64,000 nt of DNA from an uncultured Gemmatimonadales bacterium (GCA_963798085.1 CAWCRS010000003.1:448001-512000); one strand, 5' to 3'; shown: positions 49,080-58,929, numbered from the stretch's first letter. The notes: generated by a model from the sequence alone, not told the origin. Made by a program: numbers and translations.

Positions 49080-49654
49080 CCCGCTGTCTCCCACGGCCAG
49101 CCGGTCGTCCAGCTGCGCCAGCAGTCGCTGGAACGGCGCCGCATCGACCGGTTCCACCAGGCCCGCCTGCCGTGCCCGCCGCCGCTGCGGTTCGAGTCGA
49201 CACGCCGCCCAGAAGTCCGGCCATGCTTCTAACTCGCTGTTTGACTGCGGCAGGCTTCAGATCCAGTTGTCGCTCGGCCAGCCGAACGCCGGGCCACGCG
49301 TGCGGTGCAACCGCGCCAGCCCTTCGCCCAGCGTGTCCCACGTGCGCCCGCCTGCCGGGCCCGGCTCCAGCCACTCCAGGAGCAGCCGCCCCTCCGCCTC
49401 ACCGCGTACCTGAGGGACGCGCACGGCACCGGCCGCGTTAAGCGCACGCAGCGAGCGCGCTTCCTCCGCGAAGAAACCCGGAACGACATCGTCGCCTGCA
49501 CTCCACTTCAGAAAGAAGCGCTCACCGTTGCTCGTCTCCAGGCGGCGGCGGGACTGATGCAGCCTCCACCGACTCGCCGCTCACCGGTGATCGCTGTGCC
49601 CGCCGGAAGCCCAGCCTCCACCGCCCTGCGCGTCCCTGCGGACAGTCTGCTCAC
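49080..49654 (-). pseudogene. Fructosamine kinase family remnant (frameshift ~49550, in-frame TGA 49257, C-terminal half missing)
   Basis: Manual translation: VGGGCIS, FFLKW, F..EA.SL, LLLEWL, LARLH, FGW..DNWI*SLPQ.N, W.DFW...RLEPQ; no HGDLW motif follows. Confidence 0.8.
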
Positions 49655-50157
49655 AGTTCGTGCATACGGCGGATTTCCTCGAGCAGCACGCGACAGCTTC
49701 GCTCGACGATGTCCTGCACGTGCTCGAAACCGCCCAACCCGCCGTAGTACGGGTCGGGAACATCGAGTTCGCCATCCGCCGCGGGATCGAACTCGCGCAA
49801 GCGCTGCAGCATCGCCCTGCCCGGTGCCTTGCGCGCCAGCCGCTCCATGATCGCGAGGTTCTCGTTGTCCATGACCAGGACGTGATCGAAGCGCTGCAGA
49901 TCATCCGCCGCGACCTTGCGCGCAACGCTCTCCAGCACCACCCCTCGCCGGCGTGCCACCTCGCGCGTCCGCGCATCTGGCGCATCGCCCACGTGATAAC
50001 TCGCGGTTCCGGCGGAGTCGACCACAATGCGGTCGCCCAGCCCCGCCTCGAGCACGAATGCGCGGAATACGCCCTCGGCCAGCGGAGAACGGCAGATGTT
50101 GCCCGTGCAGACGAATAGCACGGCAACCGGTTCTGTTGTCTCTTGCTGCGCCATCAT
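49651..50157 (-). CDS. Low-molecular-weight protein-tyrosine phosphatase
   Basis: VCTGNICRSP, DSAGT, DVPDPYYG. Confidence 0.95.
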   Translation of the reverse strand: MMAQQETTEPVAVLFVCTGNICRSPLAEGVFRAFVLEAGLGDRIVVDSAGTASYHVGDAPDARTREVARRRGVVLESVARKVAADDLQRFDHVLVMDNENLAIMERLARKAPGRAMLQRLREFDPAADGELDVPDPYYGGLGGFEHVQDIVERSCRVLLEEIRRMHEL

Positions 50158-50301
50158 TCACCAGAAGGTCTGTCCACATTGCACCTGTGCACGCTGACGG
50201 CAGCCCTGCTGCGCGCCATCCTTTCCGCCGCTCGGCGTGTGCCGGGATCCGGGCAGGGTCGACCGAGGTACTGGTCGCATTGCACAGCGGACACGGAGGG
50301 T

Positions 50302-51897
50302 ATGCGACGATTCTCACCACGGTCCTGCGCGAAGCGCGGCGGCAACGTATGCCCGGAACCGTCTGCCAGCCAACGCACGAACCGGCTGAAATCCACGCGC
50401 CGGTCAGCACTTCCATCCGTGCTTGTGCTCGCCGCCTTGCTCGCGGCCCCGACGCTCGTGTACGGACAGAACGCCCGCGGCGCCCGAGCCGCATTGCTTC
50501 TGGACACGCTCTCGCTGCGACGCGATACGCGAGTTCTCGCGGCGGACTCGCTGCGCGGCCGCGAGACCGGCTCGCCCGGCGCTGCGGGGGCCGCCCGCTA
50601 CATCGCTGGCAGGCTGCGGGGCATCGGCCTGCAGCCAGTGAGCGGCCAATATTTCTACCCGGTGCCGCTGCGCGCCGCCCACATCGGTAGCGACACGCGC
50701 CTGACACTGCGCTCCGCGCGTGACACGCTCGTCTTTCGCGTGAATCGGGACTTCGTGGTGGGACCCGGATCCGGAGCGGCCTTCCGCGATTTCCAGGGAT
50801 CAGCCTTGTTCGCGGGCACAACGCAGAACGCCGCCCTTGCCACGCGTGACGCCGACCTCGCCGGTCGCGTGCTCGTGCTCGCCGGCCCCATCGGAGAGGA
50901 CGCGGATTCGCTGATCCGTGCCTGGCAGCGCGCGGGCGTCGCCGGCATCCTGCTCCTCGTGCCGGATTCCGCCTACCTAGCTGGCTTTGCTGAGAGCCTG
51001 GGACCCATCCGGTACTTCGTCGCCGGCGACGTCGATGAGCCCCAGTGGCAATCGCCCATTCCCACGTGGACCGCAGGTCCGGCTGTGGCACGCGCGATCC
51101 TCAATGGCGCCAACCTGCCACCCGGCGCCCTGAGCGGTGGGCCCTTTGTTGCACAACCCCTCCCCCGGTCCGTCGAAGGCCATGCCGATTTCGCCATCAC
51201 GGATGCGGATGGCTCCGATGTGGTGGGCGTGATTCCGGGTGCCGACGCTTCGCTGCGCGGCCGGTTCATCCTCTACACCGCGCATTACGACCATCTCGGG
51301 GTGGGCACGCCAGTCGATGGCGATTCCATCTACAACGGCTTCTCCGACAATGCCGCAGGCGTCGCCATGCTGCTCGCCATCGCGGAACAGCTCCACCACG
51401 CGCCGCCCGCTCGCTCCGTCGCGTTCCTGTTCCTCACAGGCGAGGAGCGTGGCCTGCTGGGCGCCTCGTGGTTCGCAGCCCACCCCGCGTGGCCGCTCGA
51501 CAGCATCGCCGCAGTCATCAACCTCGATGGCGGCGCACCTCCGCGCCCGCCCGTATCGTGGCGCATCGCCGGCGCCGAGGGTTCGCGGTTCGCTCCCGTG
51601 GCGGATAGCATCGCCCGCGCCCACAGCTGGACCCTCACCCTCGGCCCCGGCCGCCCCAACTCCGACTACTGGCCGTTCCTGGCCCGCGGCGTTCCCTCAC
51701 TCTTCATAATCCCGGGCGCCGAATGGGAGAACACCAGCAGGCAGGAGCACGACTCCCTGTTCGCCCGCTGGGACCACTACCACCAGCCCAGTGACGAATG
51801 GCACGCCGACTTCCCCTTCAGCGGCATCGCCCGCTACGCCACCTTCGCCCTCGACCTCGGCCGGGCTCTCGGCAACTCTCACTCTTCACCGCAGTGA
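50302..51897 (+). CDS. M28 family peptidase with PA domain
   Basis: GRETGSPG, AHYDHLG, NGFSDNAAG, GEERGLLG, SDY, YHQPSD; start uncertain. Confidence 0.9.
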   Translation: MRRFSPRSCAKRGGNVCPEPSASQRTNRLKSTRRSALPSVLVLAALLAAPTLVYGQNARGARAALLLDTLSLRRDTRVLAADSLRGRETGSPGAAGAARYIAGRLRGIGLQPVSGQYFYPVPLRAAHIGSDTRLTLRSARDTLVFRVNRDFVVGPGSGAAFRDFQGSALFAGTTQNAALATRDADLAGRVLVLAGPIGEDADSLIRAWQRAGVAGILLLVPDSAYLAGFAESLGPIRYFVAGDVDEPQWQSPIPTWTAGPAVARAILNGANLPPGALSGGPFVAQPLPRSVEGHADFAITDADGSDVVGVIPGADASLRGRFILYTAHYDHLGVGTPVDGDSIYNGFSDNAAGVAMLLAIAEQLHHAPPARSVAFLFLTGEERGLLGASWFAAHPAWPLDSIAAVINLDGGAPPRPPVSWRIAGAEGSRFAPVADSIARAHSWTLTLGPGRPNSDYWPFLARGVPSLFIIPGAEWENTSRQEHDSLFARWDHYHQPSDEWHADFPFSGIARYATFALDLGRALGNSHSSPQ

Positions 51898-51973
51898 ACG
51901 CTCGATCTCTGCGCCCTCACCGAACACTTGCGGTGAAAGAGTGACCCCGGTGAGTCCAGCCCACCGGGGTCAT
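51879..51973. repeat. Two adjacent inverted repeats between convergent genes
   Basis: TCACTCTTCACCGCAGTG / CACTTGCGGTGAAAGAGTGA (imperfect), then TGACCCCGGTG-N9-CACCGGGGTCA. Confidence 0.7.
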
Positions 51974-51999
51974 GATCCGTCGTGTGTCGAGCCGCGTCG

Positions 52000-52614
52000 C
52001 TAATTCAACAGGGGCTCGATCCGCTCGGCGAAGCTGGTGCGTGCGCGGTGCAGTCGGCTCTTCACCGTGCCCAGGTTCACGCCGGTGATGTCCGAGATTT
52101 CCTCGTAGGACTTGCCTTCGAGTTCGCGCAGCCGGAATACCAGCTTGTGATGCTCCGGCAGCTCTTCCACGGTCTGCTCGACAATCTCCTGCAGATACCG
52201 CTTGCGATACTGGTCGTCCGGACGACCGGCCTGATCCTCGAACTGCAGTGGACGGTGGTCGGGCTCCCAGTGTGTCGTCAGCTTCTGGAAAAGCACCAGC
52301 GGGCTGCGCGAACGATTGCGGAGTTCGTTCTTCGCCAGGTTCGAGCAGATCGTGTAGATCCACGTCGAAAACTTCTTGCTCTGATCGAACCGGTGCAGGT
52401 GCCGCGTGACCCGGATGAAGGCTTCCTGTACCAGGTCCTCCGCGCGATCGCGATCACCAGTCTTGCGCCAGATGAACTGCACCAGCCGGTCTCGATACCG
52501 GTCGTATAGCTCCGAGAAAGCACCCGGCACTCCCTTGAGGTGGCCGGCAACAAGCTCGCTGTCGCCCATCGATGGGAGGTCCGGCCTGTGCTTCCGAATC
52601 ATTGCCGTAGCCAA
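52000..52614 (-). CDS. ECF-type sigma-70 factor
   Basis: AEDLVQEAFI, FSTWIYTI..N, LRELEG.SYEEI, GTVKSRLHRAR; TTG start after AAGGAG. Confidence 0.93.
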   Translation of the reverse strand: MATAMIRKHRPDLPSMGDSELVAGHLKGVPGAFSELYDRYRDRLVQFIWRKTGDRDRAEDLVQEAFIRVTRHLHRFDQSKKFSTWIYTICSNLAKNELRNRSRSPLVLFQKLTTHWEPDHRPLQFEDQAGRPDDQYRKRYLQEIVEQTVEELPEHHKLVFRLRELEGKSYEEISDITGVNLGTVKSRLHRARTSFAERIEPLLN

Positions 52615-52749
52615 GGGTACTCCTTTACTCAAAGCAACAAACGGGGGCTTTGATGTTGCGCGCTGGCTCCCGTCCGTCGGCGTAGCGGAAATCTGGAATT
52701 TTCGCGCGTCCCGGTTTCGCCCCTCGAATCCTCTCCGGAACCGACCAAT

Positions 52750-52778
52750 ACGATAACGATCGGAGGTCTTTTTCTCAA
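52750..52778 (-). promoter_or_regulatory. Candidate sigma-70 promoter for the ECF gene
   Basis: TTGAGA-N17-TATCGT. Confidence 0.55.
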
Positions 52779-52987
52779 GGGGAAAATGACGCGCACGCGC
52801 CCGCCTGCGAACCCCCCGGCCGCTCTCACAAAAGGCCGAAGGGCAATCACATAGGACGCGTCGCTTCCGAGGACATTGAGGGCTGGGGAGCCCGGCGCCT
52901 CTACCTTTCGCCGGCAGGCGGGGATCCCGCCCGCGCAGGCAACTGCGCCGGACTCCAGGACCTCTTGCCAGGCTTGGCCGCAACCTC

Positions 52988-54070
52988 CTAGTGTAGTGTG
53001 GCCAAAGTCTCTTTGGCTTTGGCGACTTTGGAGAGGATGCTGTTCAGCGAAGCCGTCCAGAGGAATGGCTTTGGGTCGAGGTTGCGCGTATCCAGATAAG
53101 CGGAGATCGCCGCAATCAACTGGTCGACGTTATGGACAACCAGCCGGCGGAGCTGGCGTACGGTGAGTTCACTGAAAAGGCGTTCCACAAGGTTCGCCCA
53201 GGACGACGACGTGGGCACGAAATAGAATTGGACCCGTGGGTTGCGCTCCAGCCAGGCGAGGACTTCGGGCGTCTTGTGGCTGGACGCGTTGTCGAGGATG
53301 AAATAGACGTCGAGTGGCTTGGGGACCGTGCGCACCACCTTTCGTGCGAAGCGCAGAAACTCGCTGGCGCGGTGGCGGGGCATGCATTCATGCACCACGC
53401 TGCCGGTCTTGATCTCGAGTGCGGCAAAGAGCGTGGTCGTCCCGTGACGCTTGTAGTCGTGGGTCATTGTGCCGGCCCGTCCCTTCTTGAGCGGCAAGCC
53501 GGGCTGCGTACGATCCAGCGCCTGGATCTGACTCTTCTCATCAACCGCAAAGACCACAGCATGCTCCGGCGGATGGAGATACAGGCCCACGACCGCCCGC
53601 AGCTTCTTTACGAAGTCCGGATCCCTGGAAAGCGTGAAGGTGCGGATGCGATGGGGCTTGATCCCGTGACCGCGCCAGACGCGCGCCACCGTGGTGGGGT
53701 GCCACCCGAGTTCCCTGGCCATGATCCGCGTACTCCAGTGCGTGCCATTCGGCGGGCGCGTCTCCAGCGTCTTCTTGACCATGGCCTCTTCGTGCGCTGC
53801 CGTGATCCACTTCGGTCGGCCCGTGCGCGGTCGATCGCTCAGCAACGCCGGCAGGCCGCCCTCTTCATACCGGTCGAGCCACAAGGTCACGGTCGGCCGC
53901 GATACGTGCACCGCCGCGCAGATCGCCTGACCCGACAGGCCCTGTGCCGAAGCCAGCACAATACGGGCGCGTTCGGCGATGCGCTGGGGGGTCGTGCGCT
54001 TGCGCATCAATTCCTCGAGACGTTTCTGATCGCCTCGGCGTAACCGGATTACTCGCGTGGGCAATGGCAT
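52988..54070 (-). CDS. IS630 transposase (intact)
   Basis: HTH, DEKSQIQAL, DYKRHGTT.LFAAL, LDNASSHK, NLVER.F; TTGCAT-N17-TATCCT promoter ending 5 nt before the ATG. Confidence 0.95.
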   Translation of the reverse strand: MPLPTRVIRLRRGDQKRLEELMRKRTTPQRIAERARIVLASAQGLSGQAICAAVHVSRPTVTLWLDRYEEGGLPALLSDRPRTGRPKWITAAHEEAMVKKTLETRPPNGTHWSTRIMARELGWHPTTVARVWRGHGIKPHRIRTFTLSRDPDFVKKLRAVVGLYLHPPEHAVVFAVDEKSQIQALDRTQPGLPLKKGRAGTMTHDYKRHGTTTLFAALEIKTGSVVHECMPRHRASEFLRFARKVVRTVPKPLDVYFILDNASSHKTPEVLAWLERNPRVQFYFVPTSSSWANLVERLFSELTVRQLRRLVVHNVDQLIAAISAYLDTRNLDPKPFLWTASLNSILSKVAKAKETLATLH

Positions 54071-54128
54071 GCAGCAGGATACAATATCCACGCACATTAT
54101 GCAAGATACTTCTGCCACACTACACTAG
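52988..54128 (-). mobile_element. IS630-family insertion sequence
   Basis: Ends CTAGTGTAGTGTGGCCAAAGTCTCTT (left) and CTAGTGTAGTGTGGCAGAAGTATCTT (right, reverse complement); CTAG/TA at both junctions. Confidence 0.95.
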
Positions 54129-54922
54129 TGGCAGTCGAGCTGGCCGTTGCTGGGCGTGAACCGCGCTCGCTTCGAGCCGTCCGCACCCTTGAGCAGAATC
54201 ACCGGTGAGCAGTTCGTCACCAGCTCCCCATCCGCGCTCGCCAGCGCTTCGCTCCTGCCGACGCGCAGGTTGAAATCCGAATCACGAGGCACCAAGATCA
54301 GGAGATCAATGGGCGGCGCATCACCCAGGCTGATCGTCATCTGTCGTGGATCACCCTGGCGCAGCACCAGCGGCACGCTTGACGCGATGCCGAATTGGCT
54401 GCCCGCGAGCCGCACTTCGAGACTGCGCACGCTCTTGACGTCCGCGAACGCCATCACCTGCGGCGTTTCCGCGTTCACGTACGTCAGCACCATGCCGCGA
54501 GGCAGCATTGCGCCCAGTCCGCCTTCGCCTTCCGAGGCGCCAGTCCAGCGGAACGTCGCTTCCGCGCTGCCCGGTGTCGCCTGCAGATCGTGAGTATCCG
54601 GTGTCGCCACCTGAACTCGAACGTTCTCCGGAACGATCACCAGGTACTCCACATCTGTGTTCCCCAGCGAGGAGAGCCGCAGGCGGTCCTTCACCACCCC
54701 TGCCAGCCCGAATCCGGTAAATCCACCCGCCGCTCGTGCCGCAACGTCGATCTGGCCCGGGCCGCCGCGCACCACGCGCAGCACGCCAGCGGTGTGGTCC
54801 AGTACCTCGATGACCAGATTGTCGTTGAAGAACTGGAAGGTCCGGCGTGACACATCGTTTTGCGCCGCCGCGGGGGCCGCCGAACCCGCCACGAGCAGGA
54901 ACACCAGCCATCTCGCCCGCAT
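54125..54922 (-). CDS. Hypothetical secreted beta-rich protein
   Basis: AGGAGG RBS, signal peptide AAA-Q; stop codon coincides with the IS target. Confidence 0.75.
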   Translation of the reverse strand: MRARWLVFLLVAGSAAPAAAQNDVSRRTFQFFNDNLVIEVLDHTAGVLRVVRGGPGQIDVAARAAGGFTGFGLAGVVKDRLRLSSLGNTDVEYLVIVPENVRVQVATPDTHDLQATPGSAEATFRWTGASEGEGGLGAMLPRGMVLTYVNAETPQVMAFADVKSVRSLEVRLAGSQFGIASSVPLVLRQGDPRQMTISLGDAPPIDLLILVPRDSDFNLRVGRSEALASADGELVTNCSPVILLKGADGSKRARFTPSNGQLDCH

Positions 54923-55125
54923 GGTAACCTCCTGCAGGGTCTGAATGGGCCGAGGGGCCCGGACACCAATGCGTGCCCGTGGCCAAGGTCAGGTGTCCGA
55001 AAGCGCTGCGTGCAAATGGGCGGGTCCGTCCGCGTGGGGAGGCTCGCAGACGCGCGGGACAAGGGAATCTAATCAACCGCACAACCGGCCGGGAAGCGCT
55101 GCAACCCACCGGGCGGGAAACCGGC

Positions 55126-56283
55126 TCAGCCTTGCCGTTCCTCGCGCACGATCACAACGCCGCGCTCCGCCAGCTTGCTGACGTACGCGTCCGCGCGGAT
55201 CGCCTGGTCCGGTGTGTTCACGCCGGCGCCTGCAGACTCTCCCTCGACCTGCATCTGGCCCGTGATGGAGAGCGAGTAGCCGGTACTCCGTTCCATCGCG
55301 CTGATGCCCCGCTCCTCGTCGAAGTAGTCCACCAGCTCGTACGTGATGGTAATCGGTGCGCCCCCGCGCGCGCCTCGTACCTCGACGCGCAGCGCCACCA
55401 GATCGCGTGCGCCCGGCCGCTTCAGGCGGGGCTCGGCGCATGCAATGAACACATCGCGCGGCGCGATCTGCACGCCTTTCACTTTGACCGGGTCCTTGCT
55501 CAGCAGGCCCAGGCCACGGATCGCCCGCATCGTGTCGGCGTGACCCGGATAACGCAACGTCTTGTACTCCATCTCCTGGATTCGACCCTCGTACGTCCAG
55601 GCCAGTGTCGAAAGCCCGCCGGCGGTGTGAAACGCTTCCAGCCTGCCCACCGGTTCCGCGAAATCGACAGGTTCCAGCTCCGACAGCGCTTCGACCTGTG
55701 CACGTTTGCCACCGCGCAGCACCCATGAAGGCGTCGTGTAGTAGTCGATCACACCTTCGAGGGAATAGACGATCTGGTAGTTCAGCGGCGGCATTGGGTG
55801 CTGCGGCAGGCCGCCCACGAGAATGCGAAGCGACTGCGTTTCATCCAGCGCCCGGATCCCGGCCTCGCCCAGGATGTTCACCATGCCAGGCGCCAGGCCG
55901 CAATCGGGAATCACGCTGACCGCTTTCGCCTTCGCCTCGGCATCCAGCTTGAGTTGCGCGAAGACGATCTCGGTGTTGCCTCCCAGATCACAGCAGTGAA
56001 TGCCGGATTCGATGGCTGCACGCGCGATCTCGAGATTGAAGTAGTACGGCAGCGCGTTGAGACATGCGTGCACGCCGCGCATCGCCGCGCGCACGGCCAA
56101 ACCATCTCGCGCATCCAGCACCACTGTTTCGAAGCGCGGATCACCAATGTACGGTTGCAGGAACGCCGGCAGCTCCGTCGTGCGCTGGTCCGCAAGGCGG
56201 ACAAGCTCGACTGCCGGATTCTGCAACAGGTCGTACGCGCAGGCCGAACCCTGCAGGCCCGCGCCCAGCACCAGCATGCGCAT
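55126..56283 (-). CDS. Saccharopine dehydrogenase / lysine 6-dehydrogenase family
   Basis: VLGAGLQG, NALPY, DLGGN, DCGLAPG, VGGLPQ.P.PP, YKTLRYPGH. Confidence 0.9.
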   Translation of the reverse strand: MRMLVLGAGLQGSACAYDLLQNPAVELVRLADQRTTELPAFLQPYIGDPRFETVVLDARDGLAVRAAMRGVHACLNALPYYFNLEIARAAIESGIHCCDLGGNTEIVFAQLKLDAEAKAKAVSVIPDCGLAPGMVNILGEAGIRALDETQSLRILVGGLPQHPMPPLNYQIVYSLEGVIDYYTTPSWVLRGGKRAQVEALSELEPVDFAEPVGRLEAFHTAGGLSTLAWTYEGRIQEMEYKTLRYPGHADTMRAIRGLGLLSKDPVKVKGVQIAPRDVFIACAEPRLKRPGARDLVALRVEVRGARGGAPITITYELVDYFDEERGISAMERSTGYSLSITGQMQVEGESAGAGVNTPDQAIRADAYVSKLAERGVVIVREERQG

Positions 56284-56580
56284 GTCGCCCTCCACACGAA
56301 AACGGCGCCGTGCGGGCGCCGTCCATTCTTCCTTTCCGACTCGCGGCTGCCACCAGGCGCACGCCCGGAGGTGGCGCTTGGGCCGCAAGTCTGGCGCGCC
56401 GGCAGCGCGTCTGTCAATCAGGATTCTGACGACGACGCTCATTCCTGTTTTCGACGCTGCCTCCGTACCAGCATGACGCCCTGATGACACCGCACCAGCT
56501 TGACTGCCTCGTCGGGCTCGTCCATCGTTCCTGTGCGAAGGTCGCCGCTGCGATCACCAACCTCCAGTCAGGACGCACGG

Positions 56581-57529
56581 ATGAGTCGTTTCACCGAAGA
56601 CGAGATCAAGCAGAAAGTCAAGGAAGGCTACATCCTCGAGTCTCCGGGCGAGATCGACCGAGGGATACCGCAAGGCGCTCATCGTGCAGCTGCTGGTGCA
56701 GGGGGACACCGAGCTGATGAGCGCGCCTGCCTACTGGATGGCGGCGCAGGACGCTCCCTCGACCAACACGCAGGTCTCCGCCGTGGCGATCATCCAGGAT
56801 GAAATCGCGCACGCCAACATTGCGTACCGCATCCTCGAGGACATGGGGCTCGACAAGGAGCACCTCGTCTACGGTCGCGAGCCGCACGAATTCAAACATC
56901 CTTATGGCTTCGACCAGCCTCTCGAGAGCTGGGCCGAGCTGGTTACGGCCAACGGCTTTTTCGATCGCGCGGGCATCACCCTGCTCTCCGACGTCTACCG
57001 CAACACGAGCTACGGGCCGCTCAAGCGCGCGCTCGTGAAGGTTGATCTCGAAGAGACGTTCCACCTGCGGCACGGCGAAGTGTGGATGAAGCGCCTGGCC
57101 AAGGCAGGCGGCGAGGCCAGGGAGCGGCTGCAGCGCGCGGTCGATTGGATGTTCCCCATGACCATCGAGTGGTTCGGCCTGCCCGACAGTATGAAGCGCC
57201 ACAGCGGTCAGCTCGAGTACCGCCTCAAGGGCATGACCAACGACGAGTTGCGACAGACCTGGATGTCTGCCACGGTTCCGCTCTCTGAATCGCTCGGCCT
57301 CCGCGTGCCCGCGCACTTCGACGCCGAACAGCAGCGCTACGTACTCGATTACCCGTTCCCATGCGAGTACGATGACGCCGCCAAACACTGGGATTTCACG
57401 GGCGGCGAGATCTCGTGGGAGCGCGTCTTCGAGCGCTGGAAGGCCAGAGGTCCCATGAACGTGCGCTACGTGGAGTCGGTGCGGCGCAGCCACGGTCCCA
57501 TGCGTGACATGATGTCTCGCGCCGCATGA
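56581..57529 (+). CDS. PaaA-like ferritin-fold di-iron oxygenase subunit; frameshift near 56655
   Basis: YRKAL..Q, DTE, QDEIAH, FDRAG, SYGPL.R, EETFH; divergent from canonical PaaA. Confidence 0.85.
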
Positions 57530-57903
57530 CCCAGAAGCAACCGATGGTATCGCAGGCGACGCTTCCTGTCTCCACTTCACCGGCGGCTATGGAAGCCGGC
57601 TCGAGCAGGCTGTGGGATGCGCTGCGTGAAGTGCGCGACCCGGAGCTGCCCGTCAGTCTCGTCGACCTCGGTCTCATTTACGCCATTCGATCGCACGGCT
57701 CGCATGTCGAACTGGATTTGACGTTCACCGCCACCGCATGCCCATGCATGGACTTCATTCGCGAGGATATCCGCGCGCGGCTGTTGCAGGAGCCGGGCGT
57801 CGAGACCATCGAGATTCGTGAAGTCTGGGACCCACCATGGTCGGCCGACCGCATCACACCGGCAGGCCGCGAGGCGTTGCGTCGTTGCGGCGTCGCGGCC
57901 TGA
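57526..57903 (+). CDS. DUF59/SufT (PaaD N-terminal) metal-sulfur assembly protein
   Basis: V.DPELPVSLVDLGLIY, TATACP, WDPPWS.DRI. Confidence 0.9.
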   Translation: MTQKQPMVSQATLPVSTSPAAMEAGSSRLWDALREVRDPELPVSLVDLGLIYAIRSHGSHVELDLTFTATACPCMDFIREDIRARLLQEPGVETIEIREVWDPPWSADRITPAGREALRRCGVAA

Positions 57904-57925
57904 ATCCGCGAGGCACAGGCACAGC

Positions 57926-58147
57926 ATGCCGCACCTGAAAGTCTACGAGGTCTTCGCTCGCAAGACGCGCGGCGAACCGCTGCACCACATCGGCAATCTG
58001 AATGCGCCGGACGATGAGCTGGCGCGCGTCTATGCGTACGACACGTACGACGAAGAGAAGTGGTTCGACATGTGGGTGGTGTCGCGAACCGAATTCCATG
58101 AGGTCTTCAATCGGGGTGATGCCGATGGCGCCGCGCGGGGAGGTTGA
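57926..58147 (+). CDS. PaaB-like subunit
   Basis: YEVFARK, H.G...APD.ELA...A, WVV.R. Confidence 0.85.
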   Translation: MPHLKVYEVFARKTRGEPLHHIGNLNAPDDELARVYAYDTYDEEKWFDMWVVSRTEFHEVFNRGDADGAARGG

Positions 58148-58929
58148 TCGTGGCGAGTGAGCTGACACCCGCAGCGCGCGCGGCTACGCGCAACCTCATT
58201 CTGATTCTCGCCGACTCCAAGCGTCTGCTGGGCATGCGCTACGCCGACTGGATCCTTGGTGCGCCCGAGCTTGAAGCCGGCATCGCCTGCGCTTCCATGG
58301 CCCAGGACGAGTGGGGTCACGGCCGCTTGCTGTATGCCCTGCTCAAGGATTTCGACGAGGATGTGGAGCGCCTCGAACACGGCCGTGAGCCAGCCGAATA
58401 CGTCTCGATCGAAGTGCTCGACCGTGAGCCGGCAACGTGGCCCAATGTCGTCGCCCTCAATGCGCTCGTTGATGGCGCGCTCAGCGTGCAGCTCGAGGCT
58501 TTCCTCGACTCTTCGTGGGTGCCGCTCCGCCAGCGGGTGGAAAAACTGCTCGAAGAAGAGCGTTTCCATGCGGCCCACGGCAGGGCCTGGCTGCGACGGC
58601 TGTCACGCGGCGGGGAATCGTCCCGGCTCGCCATGAAACAGGCGGCGGAGGAAGTGCTGCCTGGCGTTACCCGATGGTTCGGCCCGGACTCCGATCTCGC
58701 GCGCGCCACCGTCGCAGGGGGCGTGACCAATGCGGCGGGCACCCAGCTACGCGATCGCTTCTACGAACGCCTGGGACCCCTGCTCGACGAGCTGGGCGTT
58801 CGGACCGCAGACACACCGTCGTTTCAGGATTTCGATGAGACGACGCGCCGCGTCGGCCGGGACGGTCCCGATGCCGGCACGATCGCGCAGGTTCGTGGCG
58901 ATAAGAACCGCGCCTTTCTGATGGATTGA
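58144..58929 (+). CDS. PaaC-like ferritin-fold subunit
   Basis: LAD....G.R..W...APELE, QDEWGH, EEERFH. Confidence 0.85.
   Translation: MIVASELTPAARAATRNLILILADSKRLLGMRYADWILGAPELEAGIACASMAQDEWGHGRLLYALLKDFDEDVERLEHGREPAEYVSIEVLDREPATWPNVVALNALVDGALSVQLEAFLDSSWVPLRQRVEKLLEEERFHAAHGRAWLRRLSRGGESSRLAMKQAAEEVLPGVTRWFGPDSDLARATVAGGVTNAAGTQLRDRFYERLGPLLDELGVRTADTPSFQDFDETTRRVGRDGPDAGTIAQVRGDKNRAFLMD

Noticed and set aside
49257..49259. TGA read as Gly or Sec in the fructosamine kinase
   Set aside because: TGA is the main stop codon in this window and the gene is also frameshifted and truncated
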